A program made the position numbers and the translations under genes. Positions 51,625 through 61,760 of a stretch of 64,000 bases of DNA are shown piece after piece. How positions within the stretch are numbered: the first letter of the stretch is position 1; the number at the start of each line of letters is the position of its first letter. Origin of the DNA: an uncultured Chloroflexia bacterium (lineage in GTDB: Bacteria > Chloroflexota > UBA6077 > JACCZL01); NCBI GenBank assembly GCA_963765765.1, contig CAVXYC010000017.1, forward strand, positions 1-64,000, in the 5' to 3' direction. The notes below the pieces were generated by a model. The model worked only from the letters and a program-made list of their open reading frames with translations, did no database searches and was not told the DNA's origin.

Positions 51625-52769
51625 CTATGAGTAACCTCGACTATTTCCGAAGGTGGCGGGAGTGGCTCTGTCTGAATTGGCGCAGACTCGACGCTTTCTT
51701 CCACGACTCCGTGCCGCGTCGCCTGATTCGCTCGGTAGAACGTAATCATGGCGGAGACGACGGCGACAATTGGCACACCGAACAGCGCACCCCAGACCCC
51801 AGCGAGCCGAGCTCCCGCAAGTACAACGAAAAAAACGATCAAAGGGTGAAGGCCAACCGACTGGCTCATGACTCTTGGTGCGATCAAGTTGAAGACCACT
51901 TGCTGCAGCCCGAGCGATACGACGAAAACGAATGCGGCAGCGTCCGGTCGAGCCAGGAGTGTGATGGCCATCGGCACGGCGATAGCAAGGAACGGACCCA
52001 GAAATGGAATGAGCATGAGTAAGCCGGCGAGCACGCTCGAAAGGAGACCGTATGGAAGATCGGCAATGCGCATGATCGCGCCGGTGCCGAATGCATAGAC
52101 CAGAGCCAACAAGACTTGACCACGCAGAAATCCCGCGAATGCACGATTCACGCTATCGAAGAAGTAGTGGCCGTCATCGCGGAAGCGCGCTGGGAGTGCC
52201 GCGACGATGAATGAAGTGAATCGGCTTCCGTCCACTGCGAAGTAAAACGAGAGCATCACCACCAGGACGGTTTGAAAAAGCAGATTGGCGATGCCAGTAG
52301 CCAAACTCAAAGCATTCGCCAGTAACGGTGGTCCCGCGGCTTCCGCGCGGCGAACGATTTCATCGGGTTGGACCATGGAGGTCAGATTCAGGTGAATGCC
52401 CTGCTCTTCCAGCGTCAAAAGCAAATTAAGGACGTAGCGATTGAGCTGGTCCGCGTATCCAGGAAGATTTGTCGAGATCTGCACAACCTGGGCGGTGAGT
52501 GGCGGGACGAGAAGCAGCCCGCCGAAGACCAACAGCAGGAGCAGCCCCAGATACGTCAGTGCGATGGCCGCTGGTCGCGGCAGGTGAGCTCGCTCATGGA
52601 GGGGCCCTGCCGTAGGCTCAATAATGAACGCGAGCATCCACGCGAGGAAGAAGAGCAAAATAATGTCCGCGAACTCGGCAGCAACCTGCCACAGCATTCC
52701 CACGAGATACAGCGTGGCAATTGCAAGCGTGACAATAACTAGCGCGTGGACCCACGGGTCTCTAGACAT
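51621..52769 (-). CDS. AI-2E family transporter
   Basis: Multi-TM; FLRGQ, LIPFLGP, PRVMSQSVGLHP, GVWGALFGVPI. Confidence 0.88.
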   Translation of the reverse strand: MSRDPWVHALVIVTLAIATLYLVGMLWQVAAEFADIILLFFLAWMLAFIIEPTAGPLHERAHLPRPAAIALTYLGLLLLLVFGGLLLVPPLTAQVVQISTNLPGYADQLNRYVLNLLLTLEEQGIHLNLTSMVQPDEIVRRAEAAGPPLLANALSLATGIANLLFQTVLVVMLSFYFAVDGSRFTSFIVAALPARFRDDGHYFFDSVNRAFAGFLRGQVLLALVYAFGTGAIMRIADLPYGLLSSVLAGLLMLIPFLGPFLAIAVPMAITLLARPDAAAFVFVVSLGLQQVVFNLIAPRVMSQSVGLHPLIVFFVVLAGARLAGVWGALFGVPIVAVVSAMITFYRANQATRHGVVEESVESAPIQTEPLPPPSEIVEVTHR

Positions 52770-52820
52770 TCGGGGGAGTACGGGCTCCGTCTCTACTCGA
52801 GATGCGCGTGCGGAGGGTGT

Positions 52821-53540
52821 GTGACGAATTCTATCCCCCACTTCGGAGCGGCACCAGGCGACACGCCGTTTGCCGCGATGAGCGGTCGAGACCGTGTTCT
52901 GACGGCGATTCGGGAAACCGGCCTCTGTCTCGTTACCGATGACCGTCTGGACATTGAGAGTCTCCTGATGGCCACGCGTCAGGCGATCGAGGGCGGCGTG
53001 CGTCTCGTCCAGTATCGTGACAAGTCATCGATGCGCCGGCAGTTCCTGAATCAAGCATCACGCCTTCAGGAGCTGTGCGCTGAGCATGACGTGGCTTTTG
53101 TGGTGAACGATCACACCGACGTCGCCGCAATCATTCGGGCGGACGGTTTGCACCTAGGCCAGGACGATCTACCAGTGTCATTGGCGAGACGGCTCGTGGG
53201 CGAGGAAACTGCTATTGGGCTCTCAATTTCGTATGTGCACGAGGCAGAAGAGGCAGCGCGAGACGCTATCGTCGACTACATTGGTTGCGGAGCTGTCTTC
53301 ACAACGGCAACGAAACCGAACGCGGAATTTGGCGGGCCAGAGCTATTGCAAGCGGTGAGAAGAGTTCTGAACGTTCCAATACTTGGGATTGGCGGTATCA
53401 CAGCTGAGAATCTTCACATCCCGCTACAAGCCGGTGCTGATGGCGTGGCTCTGGTGAGTGCGGTGTACGTGGGCGCGGACCCACGAGCAGCGGCCTCGTT
53501 CATTCTCAAGAGGATTGAGGCTGCCCGCATGGCGGGTTAG
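52821..53540 (+). CDS. thiE: Thiamine-phosphate synthase
   Basis: VQYRDK, VVNDH, GLHLGQDD, VFTTATK, IGGI. Confidence 0.88.
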   Translation: MTNSIPHFGAAPGDTPFAAMSGRDRVLTAIRETGLCLVTDDRLDIESLLMATRQAIEGGVRLVQYRDKSSMRRQFLNQASRLQELCAEHDVAFVVNDHTDVAAIIRADGLHLGQDDLPVSLARRLVGEETAIGLSISYVHEAEEAARDAIVDYIGCGAVFTTATKPNAEFGGPELLQAVRRVLNVPILGIGGITAENLHIPLQAGADGVALVSAVYVGADPRAAASFILKRIEAARMAG

Positions 53541-54058
53541 CGAGTCCCGGGGCGACAATTTTTAGGCATAAAGGGTATCATGTCCCAGAAAGCCGAACCG
53601 GACCGAGCGGCGAGCGTCGGACTAATGACGTGCGCCGTGCTCTGTGAGATGATCGCCCCCCGGCATGTGCGTGGAAGACGGCCCTAGGATTCAGGGCTGG
53701 AGCTTCCGAGAACGATGCTCGGGGAATTGCTCAGGGAGAAGATCCTGTCTGGCTTCTTTCTTGCCGTCGGGAATCCGCGCTCGGGCAGGTCATCGATTCG
53801 CGAAACGATTATTCAGGGCGGCGGTTGGTAATTCGAATCAGAGTTAAAAAGTAGTGGCCGTATTCATTACGAGACTGGTCGTTTTCGGTCAGGGGCATCG
53901 CGGGATAGGCGTCACATAAGTAGATAACGAATAAGTCTGCTGTGGCGCTCGTTTGAGTGCCGCGCTTCAAGCGCCAGGCGAGGCGGTGTGCCTGGCTGGT
54001 TCCAATGGTATTCGAGAGCCCAACATGGGCCAGTGAGAGACGCGAGGAGTAGGGGTCG

Positions 54059-56167
54059 ATGGATCTAATGTGGTTGGTGCCCACCTCGGGCTTGATCGCG
54101 GTGCTGTTCGCCGGGTATCTGGCGCGCGACGTGTTGGGTCGCGACAAAGGCACCCCTGAGATGCAGGACGTGGCTGCCCGCATCTATGAGGGCGCCATGG
54201 CTTTCCTCAATCGGCAGTACCGATCCATTGCAATATTCGCGGTCATCGCCGCGATTGGCGTCGGCCTGTTATTGGGTTTCATCGAGGGAACTACTGAGAC
54301 TGCATTCCGCACGGGTTTCGCTTTCCTTGTCGGAGCGGCATGTAGCGCCCTCGCGGGCTTCATTGGCATGTACATCGCCGTAAACGCGAATTTGCGCACG
54401 GCGGCAGCCGCACAGCACAGTCTTACTGAAGCCATCAAGGTTTCCATGCGCGGCGGCGCAGTCTCCGGCTTCCTGGTGGTGGCTCTCAGCCTCCTCGGTG
54501 TCTATGGGATTTTCCTTTTATTCGGCGGAGCAACGAATCCGGGTCAAGCGCCGTTCCTGATTGTGGGCTTCGGCTTCGGTGCTAGTTTCGTTGCACTGTT
54601 TGCCCAGCTTGGCGGTGGTATCTACACCAAAGCCGCCGACGTGGGTGCTGACCTGGTCGGAAAGGTTGAGGCGGGTATTCCCGAGGACGACGCTCGCAAC
54701 GCCGCTGTGATCGCTGACCTGGTTGGTGACAACGTCGGAGACTGCGCGGGTCGCGGTGCTGACCTCTTCGAATCAACTGCCGCGGAAAACATCGGCGCCA
54801 TGATTCTCGGTGTCGCGATCTTTGCGGTTAGCCAGAACCCCGCCTGGGTTCTGTTCCCGCTGGTCGTCCGTTCCGTTGGACTCCTGGCGTCGATCGCTGG
54901 TGTCATGATGGTCGGCGCCACCGAGGTCAGGAACCCGATGCGCGCGCTGGACATGGGCTACTGGGTTCTGACCGGTCTATGCGCCATTGGAATCACCGTC
55001 GTTACGATGATCATGCTGAATAGCTGGTGGCTTGTCGCGGCAGGTCTCATTGGGTTGGCGACTTCCGTTGCGTTCGTGTACATCACCCAGTACTACACCG
55101 CTGGTAGCTGGCGACCCGTGCAGGAGATTGCTCGATCGGCGAAGACTGGACCTGCAACGGTGATCATCTCCGGTGTGGCCGTCGGGTTTGAATCGACCGC
55201 CGTCACGGCTATCGTCATTTCGCTTGCTCTAGCCGGCTCGTACTTCTGCGGCGCACAGGTCATCTTGAATGGAGCGCCGCTGCCACACGGCGGCCTCTTC
55301 GGTACGGCCGCGGCAACCATGGGGATGCTCACGACCGTCGCGTACATCCTGGCGATGGATACGTTTGGACCCATCACAGACAACGCGGGTGGTATCGCGG
55401 AGATGTCGGGTGCTCCCGAGCACACTCGAGAGATCACCGACGAGCTGGACGCCGTCGGAAACACGACAAAGGCACTCACAAAGGGATACGCCGTTGCCTC
55501 GGCCGCCCTGGCAGCGTTCCTCCTCTTTAGCGCGTACCTTGATGAAGTCAGTCGTGTCCTCGCATCGCGAGGCCTTCCACCGTTCGCGGTTGTCGACCTC
55601 GCGAAGCTGGAGGTGTTCCTGGGCGGCTTCCTCGGAGCCATGCTCGTCTTCCTCTTTAGCGCCCTGGCGATCCGCGCCGTGGGCAAGGCGGCTGGCGACA
55701 TCATCGAAGAGGTTCGCCGCCAGTTCAAGGCGGACCCGGGCATCATGGCTGGAACGTCTCGACCAGACTATCGCCAGTGCGTGGACATCACCACGAAGGC
55801 GGCATTACGTGAGATGGTCCTTCCTGGGGCGTTAGCGATTGGTGTACCAGTCGCGATTGGATTGGTTCTCGGTCACGAAGCGGCAGCGGGGATGCTGATG
55901 GTTGGCACCATCACAGGAATCCTGTTGGCCACGGTGCTCAACAATAGCGGTGGCACCTGGGATAACGCGAAGAAGTTCATCGAATCTGGAAATCTGCGTG
56001 GTGAGAATAACGAGATCCTTGGCAAGCGTACTGATGCGCACGCCGCGGCCGTCGTTGGCGACACCGTTGGTGATCCGTTCAAGGACACTGCCGGTCCCTC
56101 GCTGCACGTGTTAATCAAGTTATTAGCTACAATCACGCTAGTGCTCGCACCGCTCTTCATTCGGTAG
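54059..56167 (+). CDS. hppA: Membrane-bound ion-translocating pyrophosphatase, K+-independent signature
   Basis: GGGIYTKAADVGADLVGKVE, DNVGD, GNTTKA, GDTVGDPFKDTAGPS. Confidence 0.96.
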   Translation: MDLMWLVPTSGLIAVLFAGYLARDVLGRDKGTPEMQDVAARIYEGAMAFLNRQYRSIAIFAVIAAIGVGLLLGFIEGTTETAFRTGFAFLVGAACSALAGFIGMYIAVNANLRTAAAAQHSLTEAIKVSMRGGAVSGFLVVALSLLGVYGIFLLFGGATNPGQAPFLIVGFGFGASFVALFAQLGGGIYTKAADVGADLVGKVEAGIPEDDARNAAVIADLVGDNVGDCAGRGADLFESTAAENIGAMILGVAIFAVSQNPAWVLFPLVVRSVGLLASIAGVMMVGATEVRNPMRALDMGYWVLTGLCAIGITVVTMIMLNSWWLVAAGLIGLATSVAFVYITQYYTAGSWRPVQEIARSAKTGPATVIISGVAVGFESTAVTAIVISLALAGSYFCGAQVILNGAPLPHGGLFGTAAATMGMLTTVAYILAMDTFGPITDNAGGIAEMSGAPEHTREITDELDAVGNTTKALTKGYAVASAALAAFLLFSAYLDEVSRVLASRGLPPFAVVDLAKLEVFLGGFLGAMLVFLFSALAIRAVGKAAGDIIEEVRRQFKADPGIMAGTSRPDYRQCVDITTKAALREMVLPGALAIGVPVAIGLVLGHEAAAGMLMVGTITGILLATVLNNSGGTWDNAKKFIESGNLRGENNEILGKRTDAHAAAVVGDTVGDPFKDTAGPSLHVLIKLLATITLVLAPLFIR

Positions 56168-56197
56168 CGAGAGGAACGGAACGAGGAAGCACAGACA

Positions 56198-56569
56198 ATG
56201 GCGGAAGTCAATACACTCTTCGCCTCGGAGCGAGAGAATCCACTGCCCGAGTTTTCTGAAGGCGACACCGTGCGCGTGCACACCAAGGTCGTCGAGGGGA
56301 CTCGGGAACGAATCCAGGTGTTTGAGGGCGTCGTCATCGGAACGCATCGACCAGATGCCCCCGATGGCACCTTCACCGTTCGCCGAATTGCCAGTCATAG
56401 CATTGGCGTAGAGCGCACTTTCTTGAGCCGATCTCCGCGTGTGGACAAGCTCGAGGTTGTTCGTCGCGGTCGTGTTCGGCGTGCCAAGCTCTACTATCTC
56501 CGAGCACTCACGGGTAAGGCGGCGCGCATCAAAGAACGTCGGGACGCTCGACCCGTCAAGTCGAAATAG
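56198..56569 (+). CDS. rplS: 50S ribosomal protein L19
   Basis: [26 protein letters not shown]. Confidence 0.96.
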   Translation: MAEVNTLFASERENPLPEFSEGDTVRVHTKVVEGTRERIQVFEGVVIGTHRPDAPDGTFTVRRIASHSIGVERTFLSRSPRVDKLEVVRRGRVRRAKLYYLRALTGKAARIKERRDARPVKSK

Positions 56570-56612
56570 CAACGCGTCAGTTAACTGACGCCAGGTCACT
56601 CAGGCAGACGCT

Positions 56613-57317
56613 GTGACGGTCCGTGTTTCATCGAAAAACGGTACCGACGCAGCGTCTGTTTCGTCCAGGTCATCGAGCCCGAAGTCGGTGCGATATCCAT
56701 CGAGCGAAGTAGAGCGGCGGCTCACCCGTGAGGGCTACCGACTCGTTGCCGGGCTGGACGAAGCCGGTCGTGGATCCTGGGCCGGGCCGCTTGTTGCCGG
56801 GGCTGTGGTGCTGGCGGAGGGGCTGACCCGAAAACCGGTCTGGTGCCGCGGCGTATGCGATTCAAAGATGATTGGGCCCCAGGAGCGTGAACGCCTCGCG
56901 CTGGCTATTCGCGCTTCCGCTGTGGCCGTCGGAGTTGGAATAGTTTCTCCTGAGATCATCGACCTCATTGGGCTCACCGCCGCCGGCCACCTTGCCTTTC
57001 ATCGAGCGCTCCGTGGTTTGCAATTGGCTCCGGATTATGTGCTGGTAGATGCCTTCCGCATTCCGGGGTTGTCCGTACCGCAGCACGCAATCATCAGGGG
57101 TGACCAGCTCTGCGTGTCCATTTCCGCGGCGTCCATCATTGCGAAGACATATCGGGATCGGCTTATGCGTACCCTGGATTCCGATTACCCAGCGTATGGG
57201 CTGGCGGATCATAAGGGATATGGCACGGATCAACACCGCAGAGGCCTGGTGCAGGCTGGTGCGAGCCAGATACATCGACACAGCTGGCGGCCCGTTGTGC
57301 CGCACGTATTACTGTGA
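56613..57317 (+). CDS. rnhB: Ribonuclease HII
   Basis: GLDEAGRG, DSK, SISAASIIAK, HKGYGT. Confidence 0.93.
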   Translation: MTVRVSSKNGTDAASVSSRSSSPKSVRYPSSEVERRLTREGYRLVAGLDEAGRGSWAGPLVAGAVVLAEGLTRKPVWCRGVCDSKMIGPQERERLALAIRASAVAVGVGIVSPEIIDLIGLTAAGHLAFHRALRGLQLAPDYVLVDAFRIPGLSVPQHAIIRGDQLCVSISAASIIAKTYRDRLMRTLDSDYPAYGLADHKGYGTDQHRRGLVQAGASQIHRHSWRPVVPHVLL

Positions 57318-57670
57318 AGGGCCGCTCGTTCGGTGATTTCGGAGAAGAGCTTGCCGTCGACTTTCTCGGGAAGCGCGGATATGAGATCGTTGCCCGAAAT
57401 CAGCGCTCACGATGGGGCGAGATCGATATCATCGCTCGCGAGGGAGAGGACCTTGTCTTCGTGGAAGTGAAGACACGCAAGGCCGGCGTATCTGTCACTC
57501 CCGAGCAGGCCATGACACGCGGCAAGCTTCACCGCGTCGAACAACTCGCAATGGCCTACCTGGATGAGCATGAGCTTCATGCCACCCCGTGGCGAGTTGA
57601 GGTTGTGAGCATCGAGACGGCTGCCGACGGTGCGCCATTGAGGGTTGAGCTCCATCAGGACCTCTCATGA
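57314..57670 (+). CDS. YraN/UPF0102 family protein
   Basis: GEELA, GEIDIIA, FVEVKTR. Confidence 0.9.
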   Translation: MKGRSFGDFGEELAVDFLGKRGYEIVARNQRSRWGEIDIIAREGEDLVFVEVKTRKAGVSVTPEQAMTRGKLHRVEQLAMAYLDEHELHATPWRVEVVSIETAADGAPLRVELHQDLS

Positions 57671-58434
57671 CGGAGTCTTCTGAAAAATCCGACAACTCCG
57701 TAGAAACAGAACGGCTTCAGCGTTACCTGGCTCGCTCCGGCGTAGCTGCGAGACGGCAGGCTGAAGAGCTTATGCGCGAGGGCCGAGTCACTGTGAATGG
57801 GGAGCTGGCCCTGGAGCCTGGATACATGATCCGGCCGGGTGTTGACCGGGTCCAAGTGGATGGCAGCACCGTTCAGCCTCGCAAGGACCATCACTATCTC
57901 CTGTTAAACAAGCCGGTGGGTGTTGTCACTACAGTCAGCGATCCTCGCGGCCGCAAGACGGTTCTCGACCTTGTGCGCTCCCGTCGACGCCTTTATCCAG
58001 TGGGCCGCCTCGATGCCGATAGTGCGGGATTGTTGATTCTTACCGACGACGGCGACCTGGCACAGCGGCTTACTCACCCTCGTTACGGAATTCAGAAGAC
58101 CTACATCGTTGAAGTTCGCGGCGAGCTTATTGGTCAAAAGATTGACACGTTACGAAAGGGTGTCCGGCTTGATGACGGATTTGCGAAGCCGACGAGCGTT
58201 AAGCTCATCAAGCAGGAGCGCGTTGGTGGTGTGATCGAGATGACTCTTGGCGAGGGGCGAAACCGCGAAGTGCGTCGTATGTGCTCCGCCGTGAAGTTAA
58301 AAGTGACATCTCTCGTGCGAACGCGGCTTGGCCCTCTCAGCGTTCAAGGCCTTCGCCCCGGCGCCTGGCGTCCACTGACCGGTTCGGAAGTGAATGCGCT
58401 TTTCGAAGCGACGCAAGGAGCGGGCGGCTCATGA
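57667..58434 (+). CDS. rluB: RluB/RsuA-family pseudouridine synthase
   Basis: S4 domain, LNKP, PVGRLD, EGRNREVRRM. Confidence 0.88.
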   Translation: MTESSEKSDNSVETERLQRYLARSGVAARRQAEELMREGRVTVNGELALEPGYMIRPGVDRVQVDGSTVQPRKDHHYLLLNKPVGVVTTVSDPRGRKTVLDLVRSRRRLYPVGRLDADSAGLLILTDDGDLAQRLTHPRYGIQKTYIVEVRGELIGQKIDTLRKGVRLDDGFAKPTSVKLIKQERVGGVIEMTLGEGRNREVRRMCSAVKLKVTSLVRTRLGPLSVQGLRPGAWRPLTGSEVNALFEATQGAGGS

Positions 58435-58467
58435 GCTCTGGGGTTCTTTTCCTGTTATCTCGCAGTC

Positions 58468-58573
58468 AGGCTCCCTCGCCCTTTGGGAGATGGCTGGGGT
58501 GAGGAGCGCGATGGGCGACATCCCCCACCTCGGAACCCTCACCCCAACCATCTCCCAAAGGGCGAGGGAGTCT
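58468..58573. repeat. REP-like palindromic element, copy 1
   Basis: ~37-bp near-perfect inverted arms GGCTCCCTCGCCCTTTGGGAGATGGCTGGGGTGAGG around a ~32-bp spacer. Confidence 0.9.
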
Positions 58574-58610
58574 GGGCCTGGGGCGCCCTTCGCCCAATGG
58601 AACGAATGCC

Positions 58611-59312
58611 ATGACCGCTGTGCCCGTCGTTGCCATCGACGGTCCCGCCGCGGCAGGCAAGACGGTGGTCGGTCGAGCCCTCGCGATGCACTTTGGCTGG
58701 AGCTTTTTCGACACCGGCGTTCTTTACCGTGCGCTCACCTGGAAGGCACTGCGCACTGCCGCTAATCTATCGGATGGTTCAGCGCTGGCCAGGCTTGCTG
58801 AATCGACGTCGATTGATGTGGTTCCCTCGGCGGATCCAGACGCCAGCCCTTACGATGTAGTGGTGGATGGGTTTGACGCAAGTGTTGCGATCCGCGAGCC
58901 AGAAGTCGACCGATCGGTCTCACAGGTGTCTGCCCATGCCGAAGTCCGCCAGGCACTCGTTCACGCACAGCGCTCACTACGTCGGCCGCCGGGCATCGTG
59001 ATGGCCGGACGCGATATTGGAACCGTCATATTTCCAGATGCTCTGGTGAAGATTTACCTGGATGCTTCTCCGGAAGTGCGAGCGCGGCGGCGCGCCCGGG
59101 AGCGCGGAATCGAGAGTGATGCCGCCGCGGAGGCGGAGCTTCGCGATGTCAAACTCCGAGACAGAACTGATCAATCGCGGGAGGCCGCACCGCTCCGGGC
59201 AGCGGAGGATGCGGAAGTGCTCGATACTGATCACCTTGATGTGACCGCGGTGCTGCAGCGGGCAATCGATCTCACCACCGACGCACTTACGCGCAACGGA
59301 GCGGAGCTCTAG
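58611..59312 (+). CDS. cmk: Cytidylate kinase
   Basis: AIDGPAAAGKT, DTGVLYRA, GRDIGTVIFPDA. Confidence 0.94.
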   Translation: MTAVPVVAIDGPAAAGKTVVGRALAMHFGWSFFDTGVLYRALTWKALRTAANLSDGSALARLAESTSIDVVPSADPDASPYDVVVDGFDASVAIREPEVDRSVSQVSAHAEVRQALVHAQRSLRRPPGIVMAGRDIGTVIFPDALVKIYLDASPEVRARRRARERGIESDAAAEAELRDVKLRDRTDQSREAAPLRAAEDAEVLDTDHLDVTAVLQRAIDLTTDALTRNGAEL

Positions 59313-59316
59313 TACC

Positions 59317-59976
59317 GTGCAAGAGCGCGGCTCATGGTTCTACGAAGTCTGTGGAGTTCTGACGCGCTTTCTCATCTGGCTCTTATCTCGATTCGAGATC
59401 TATGGTATTGAGCACGTACCTCGTACTGGACCGGTGATCTTCGCGGCTAATCATCTCAGTAACGCAGATCCGATCATTATTGCAGCCGTTCTTCCACGAG
59501 CATCGGTTTTTATGGCCAAAGAAGAGCTCCTGCGCATTCCCGGAATGGCTTCGATCACGAAGGCGTATGGTTCATTTACGGTTCGTCGTGGAACCGCGGA
59601 CCGCGAGGCAATACGTCGCGCTCTCGAGGTCTTGGGTGAGGGTCGTGCCCTGGGTCTGTTTCCCGAGGGAACTCGCAGCAAATCAGGCTCGCTCGGTGAG
59701 CCGTTCGCGGGGGTGGGGATGCTGGCCCTACGAACGGGGGCGACTATCGTGCCAATCGGGATTACTGGAACGGATGACGTTTCACCGCTGAAAGTGCTCT
59801 GGAGACGTCCCCGTGTTGTCTTGCGCATTGGCCCACCGATTCCGACAGCCGAGGTGACGGGAGGATTGAAAAACGTCGCACATGAGCGGACCGAACAGGT
59901 GATGAGCGCTATAGCCGCGTTACTCCCGGAGGAGCGCCGCGGCCGATACATCGCGACTGCCGATGCAGTCATCTAA
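59317..59976 (+). CDS. plsC: 1-acyl-sn-glycerol-3-phosphate acyltransferase
   Basis: NHLSNAD, FPEGTRS. Confidence 0.9.
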   Translation: MQERGSWFYEVCGVLTRFLIWLLSRFEIYGIEHVPRTGPVIFAANHLSNADPIIIAAVLPRASVFMAKEELLRIPGMASITKAYGSFTVRRGTADREAIRRALEVLGEGRALGLFPEGTRSKSGSLGEPFAGVGMLALRTGATIVPIGITGTDDVSPLKVLWRRPRVVLRIGPPIPTAEVTGGLKNVAHERTEQVMSAIAALLPEERRGRYIATADAVI

Positions 59977-60983
59977 GCCTTCTAGCCCCCGGCTCACCGT
60001 CGGATCGAGGGAATCCGGTCAATCCCCCCACAAATTTGAGAACTTCGAGGCGGCACTACGGACGTCCGGTCGCGCTGAAAATGGCGTACTTGGAGCCCTG
60101 ACGGACGCACGGCAGTTTTCCGAATTCGCTGGCGAACGCTCGCTCGAGAGCTTCGAGCGCGACGACGTACTAGCCTTTCTACGCTGGCTTGAGAAGGAGC
60201 GGGGACAGAAGCCCAGCTCCCTGAAGCGCAAACTCGCGAGCGTCCGACTTCTATACGATTTTCTGCGACAACAGGGCCGCATTCAATCGAACCCTACTGA
60301 CGGAATCGCAATTAGCTCACCGTCGCAACAGAGACCGCTGCCTCTCACACCAGCCCAGTCGCGGAGGCTCGTCCGCACGGCCTCCTCCGATCGCCGTTGG
60401 CACGTTTTAGTGCTGCTCATGCTCACGGCGGGCTTGAAGCGGGACGAGGTGCTTCAACTGCGATGGGAGGATATTTCACGTGATCCGGACACGGGCGTCA
60501 CGCATATCACAATTCGCGGGAGAACAGACGATGCCGCGAACAGACGCACCCTTAGTTTGCCGACGGTCACGGCCGATGCGCTTCAGCAGTTCGCCGATAG
60601 CTTGCGGGGGCGGCAGCGCCAGTCCGACTCCGTGCTCGGCCTCAGCGCTAGGGGTTTGAGCTACGCCGTCGCGCAGTGTGCCGAGCGTGCTCGAGCTGGG
60701 GCACCTTGACGTGACGCCGCAGAGGCTACGGGATACGTTCGCGGTAGAGCTTTTAGCATCGCTCACGCGTCAGGAGCGGAGTCAGGCTGAGGGCATGTCT
60801 CGTCGCGGTCAGGCGGATGTTCGACGTGGGTTTGAGCAGGGGTTCTTACGAATACTCGGCGTCGGGCGAAACCGAGCCCTCGTCAACTACTACCGCGCCG
60901 CCCTCCAGGAGAGCGAAGATACGGATGGGACCGAAGGTATCTTCCTGCGTGATCGAGATTTCGCCTCGGCGGATGAGCTCTAG
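59963..60983 (+). CDS. XerD-like tyrosine recombinase-fold protein with degenerate active site; frameshift at ~60700
   Basis: SAM-like domain (SSLKRKLASVRLLYDFL...NPT), AGLKRDEVLQLRWEDI, second frame VTPQRLRDTFA...ILGV...NYY. Confidence 0.75.
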
Positions 60984-61649
60984 CACGGCTAAAAAGGTAG
61001 CGACCACTGAGTCCACTGTGTCGCCGGCGATCTCGCTCCAATTCACCTCGCCCCGCCGCTGAAGCATGGCGCGCAGATCGGATACGCGTGCTGCCACAGT
61101 AATGCGAACGCGCACGGGCTCTTGACGCTCGGAGGGCATCTCCGCCGGCCGCCGATCGAGCAATCGTCGTAGTGCGCGCTCGAGCTCGTCTACGGTTGGT
61201 GGTGCCAGCGGGGCAGCTACTGCTTGACCCACGTCGTGCAATCCTCGCGGGAACGACGGTTGCTGGGAGCGCTGCTCCAGCCACTCTACGGCGCGACGGA
61301 TGATGCGGAATTGTTCTAGAGCACGAACCAGGTCCTCGGTGCTCTCGGCCTCATCGGCGGCAGTCACGTTTTCGCGCGGGAGCAGCATGCGCGACTTGAG
61401 CAACAAGAGTCGTCCGCCAATACTGACGAACCGCGCTAGAAGATCGCGATCCGGCTCAGCGAGCGTGGCCAGGTAGCCGAGATACTGGTCGGCTACCTGC
61501 GCGAGACTGATTTCCGTAATCGGTAAGCGTCGAGCCTCCACCAACGACAACAACAGATCCAGAGGGCCGCTGAATCGAGGGAGGTCGAGTACTGGGCCGA
61601 CGGTCGCGGCATTAGCTGGTTCCGTGCCGTCGATCATGACAGTCTCCAC
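60846..61649 (-). CDS. scpA: Segregation and condensation protein A (kleisin)
   Basis: FSGPLDLLLSL, VADQYL, LLLKSRMLLP, TFLAVLELIR, QEDTFGPI. Confidence 0.92.
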   Translation of the reverse strand: METVMIDGTEPANAATVGPVLDLPRFSGPLDLLLSLVEARRLPITEISLAQVADQYLGYLATLAEPDRDLLARFVSIGGRLLLLKSRMLLPRENVTAADEAESTEDLVRALEQFRIIRRAVEWLEQRSQQPSFPRGLHDVGQAVAAPLAPPTVDELERALRRLLDRRPAEMPSERQEPVRVRITVAARVSDLRAMLQRRGEVNWSEIAGDTVDSVVATFLAVLELIRRGEISITQEDTFGPIRIFALLEGGAVVVDEGSVSPDAEYS

Positions 61650-61650
61650 G

Positions 61651-61737
61651 GGCTCCCTCGCCCTTTGGGAGAGGGTGGGGGTGAGGGGCTTGCGATGGCG
61701 GATATCGGTCCACCCTCTCCCAAAGGGCGAGGGAGCC
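61651..61737. repeat. REP-like palindromic element, copy 2
   Basis: 28-bp perfect inverted arms GGCTCCCTCGCCCTTTGGGAGAGGGTGG; spacer similar to copy 1. Confidence 0.9.
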
Positions 61738-61760
61738 TCATCCGGGGCCTTCTCCGCGGC

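Noticed and set aside
59963-60983. Prophage or integrative-element integrase
   Set aside because: No tRNA/att site or cargo; flanked by core genes; active site degenerate.
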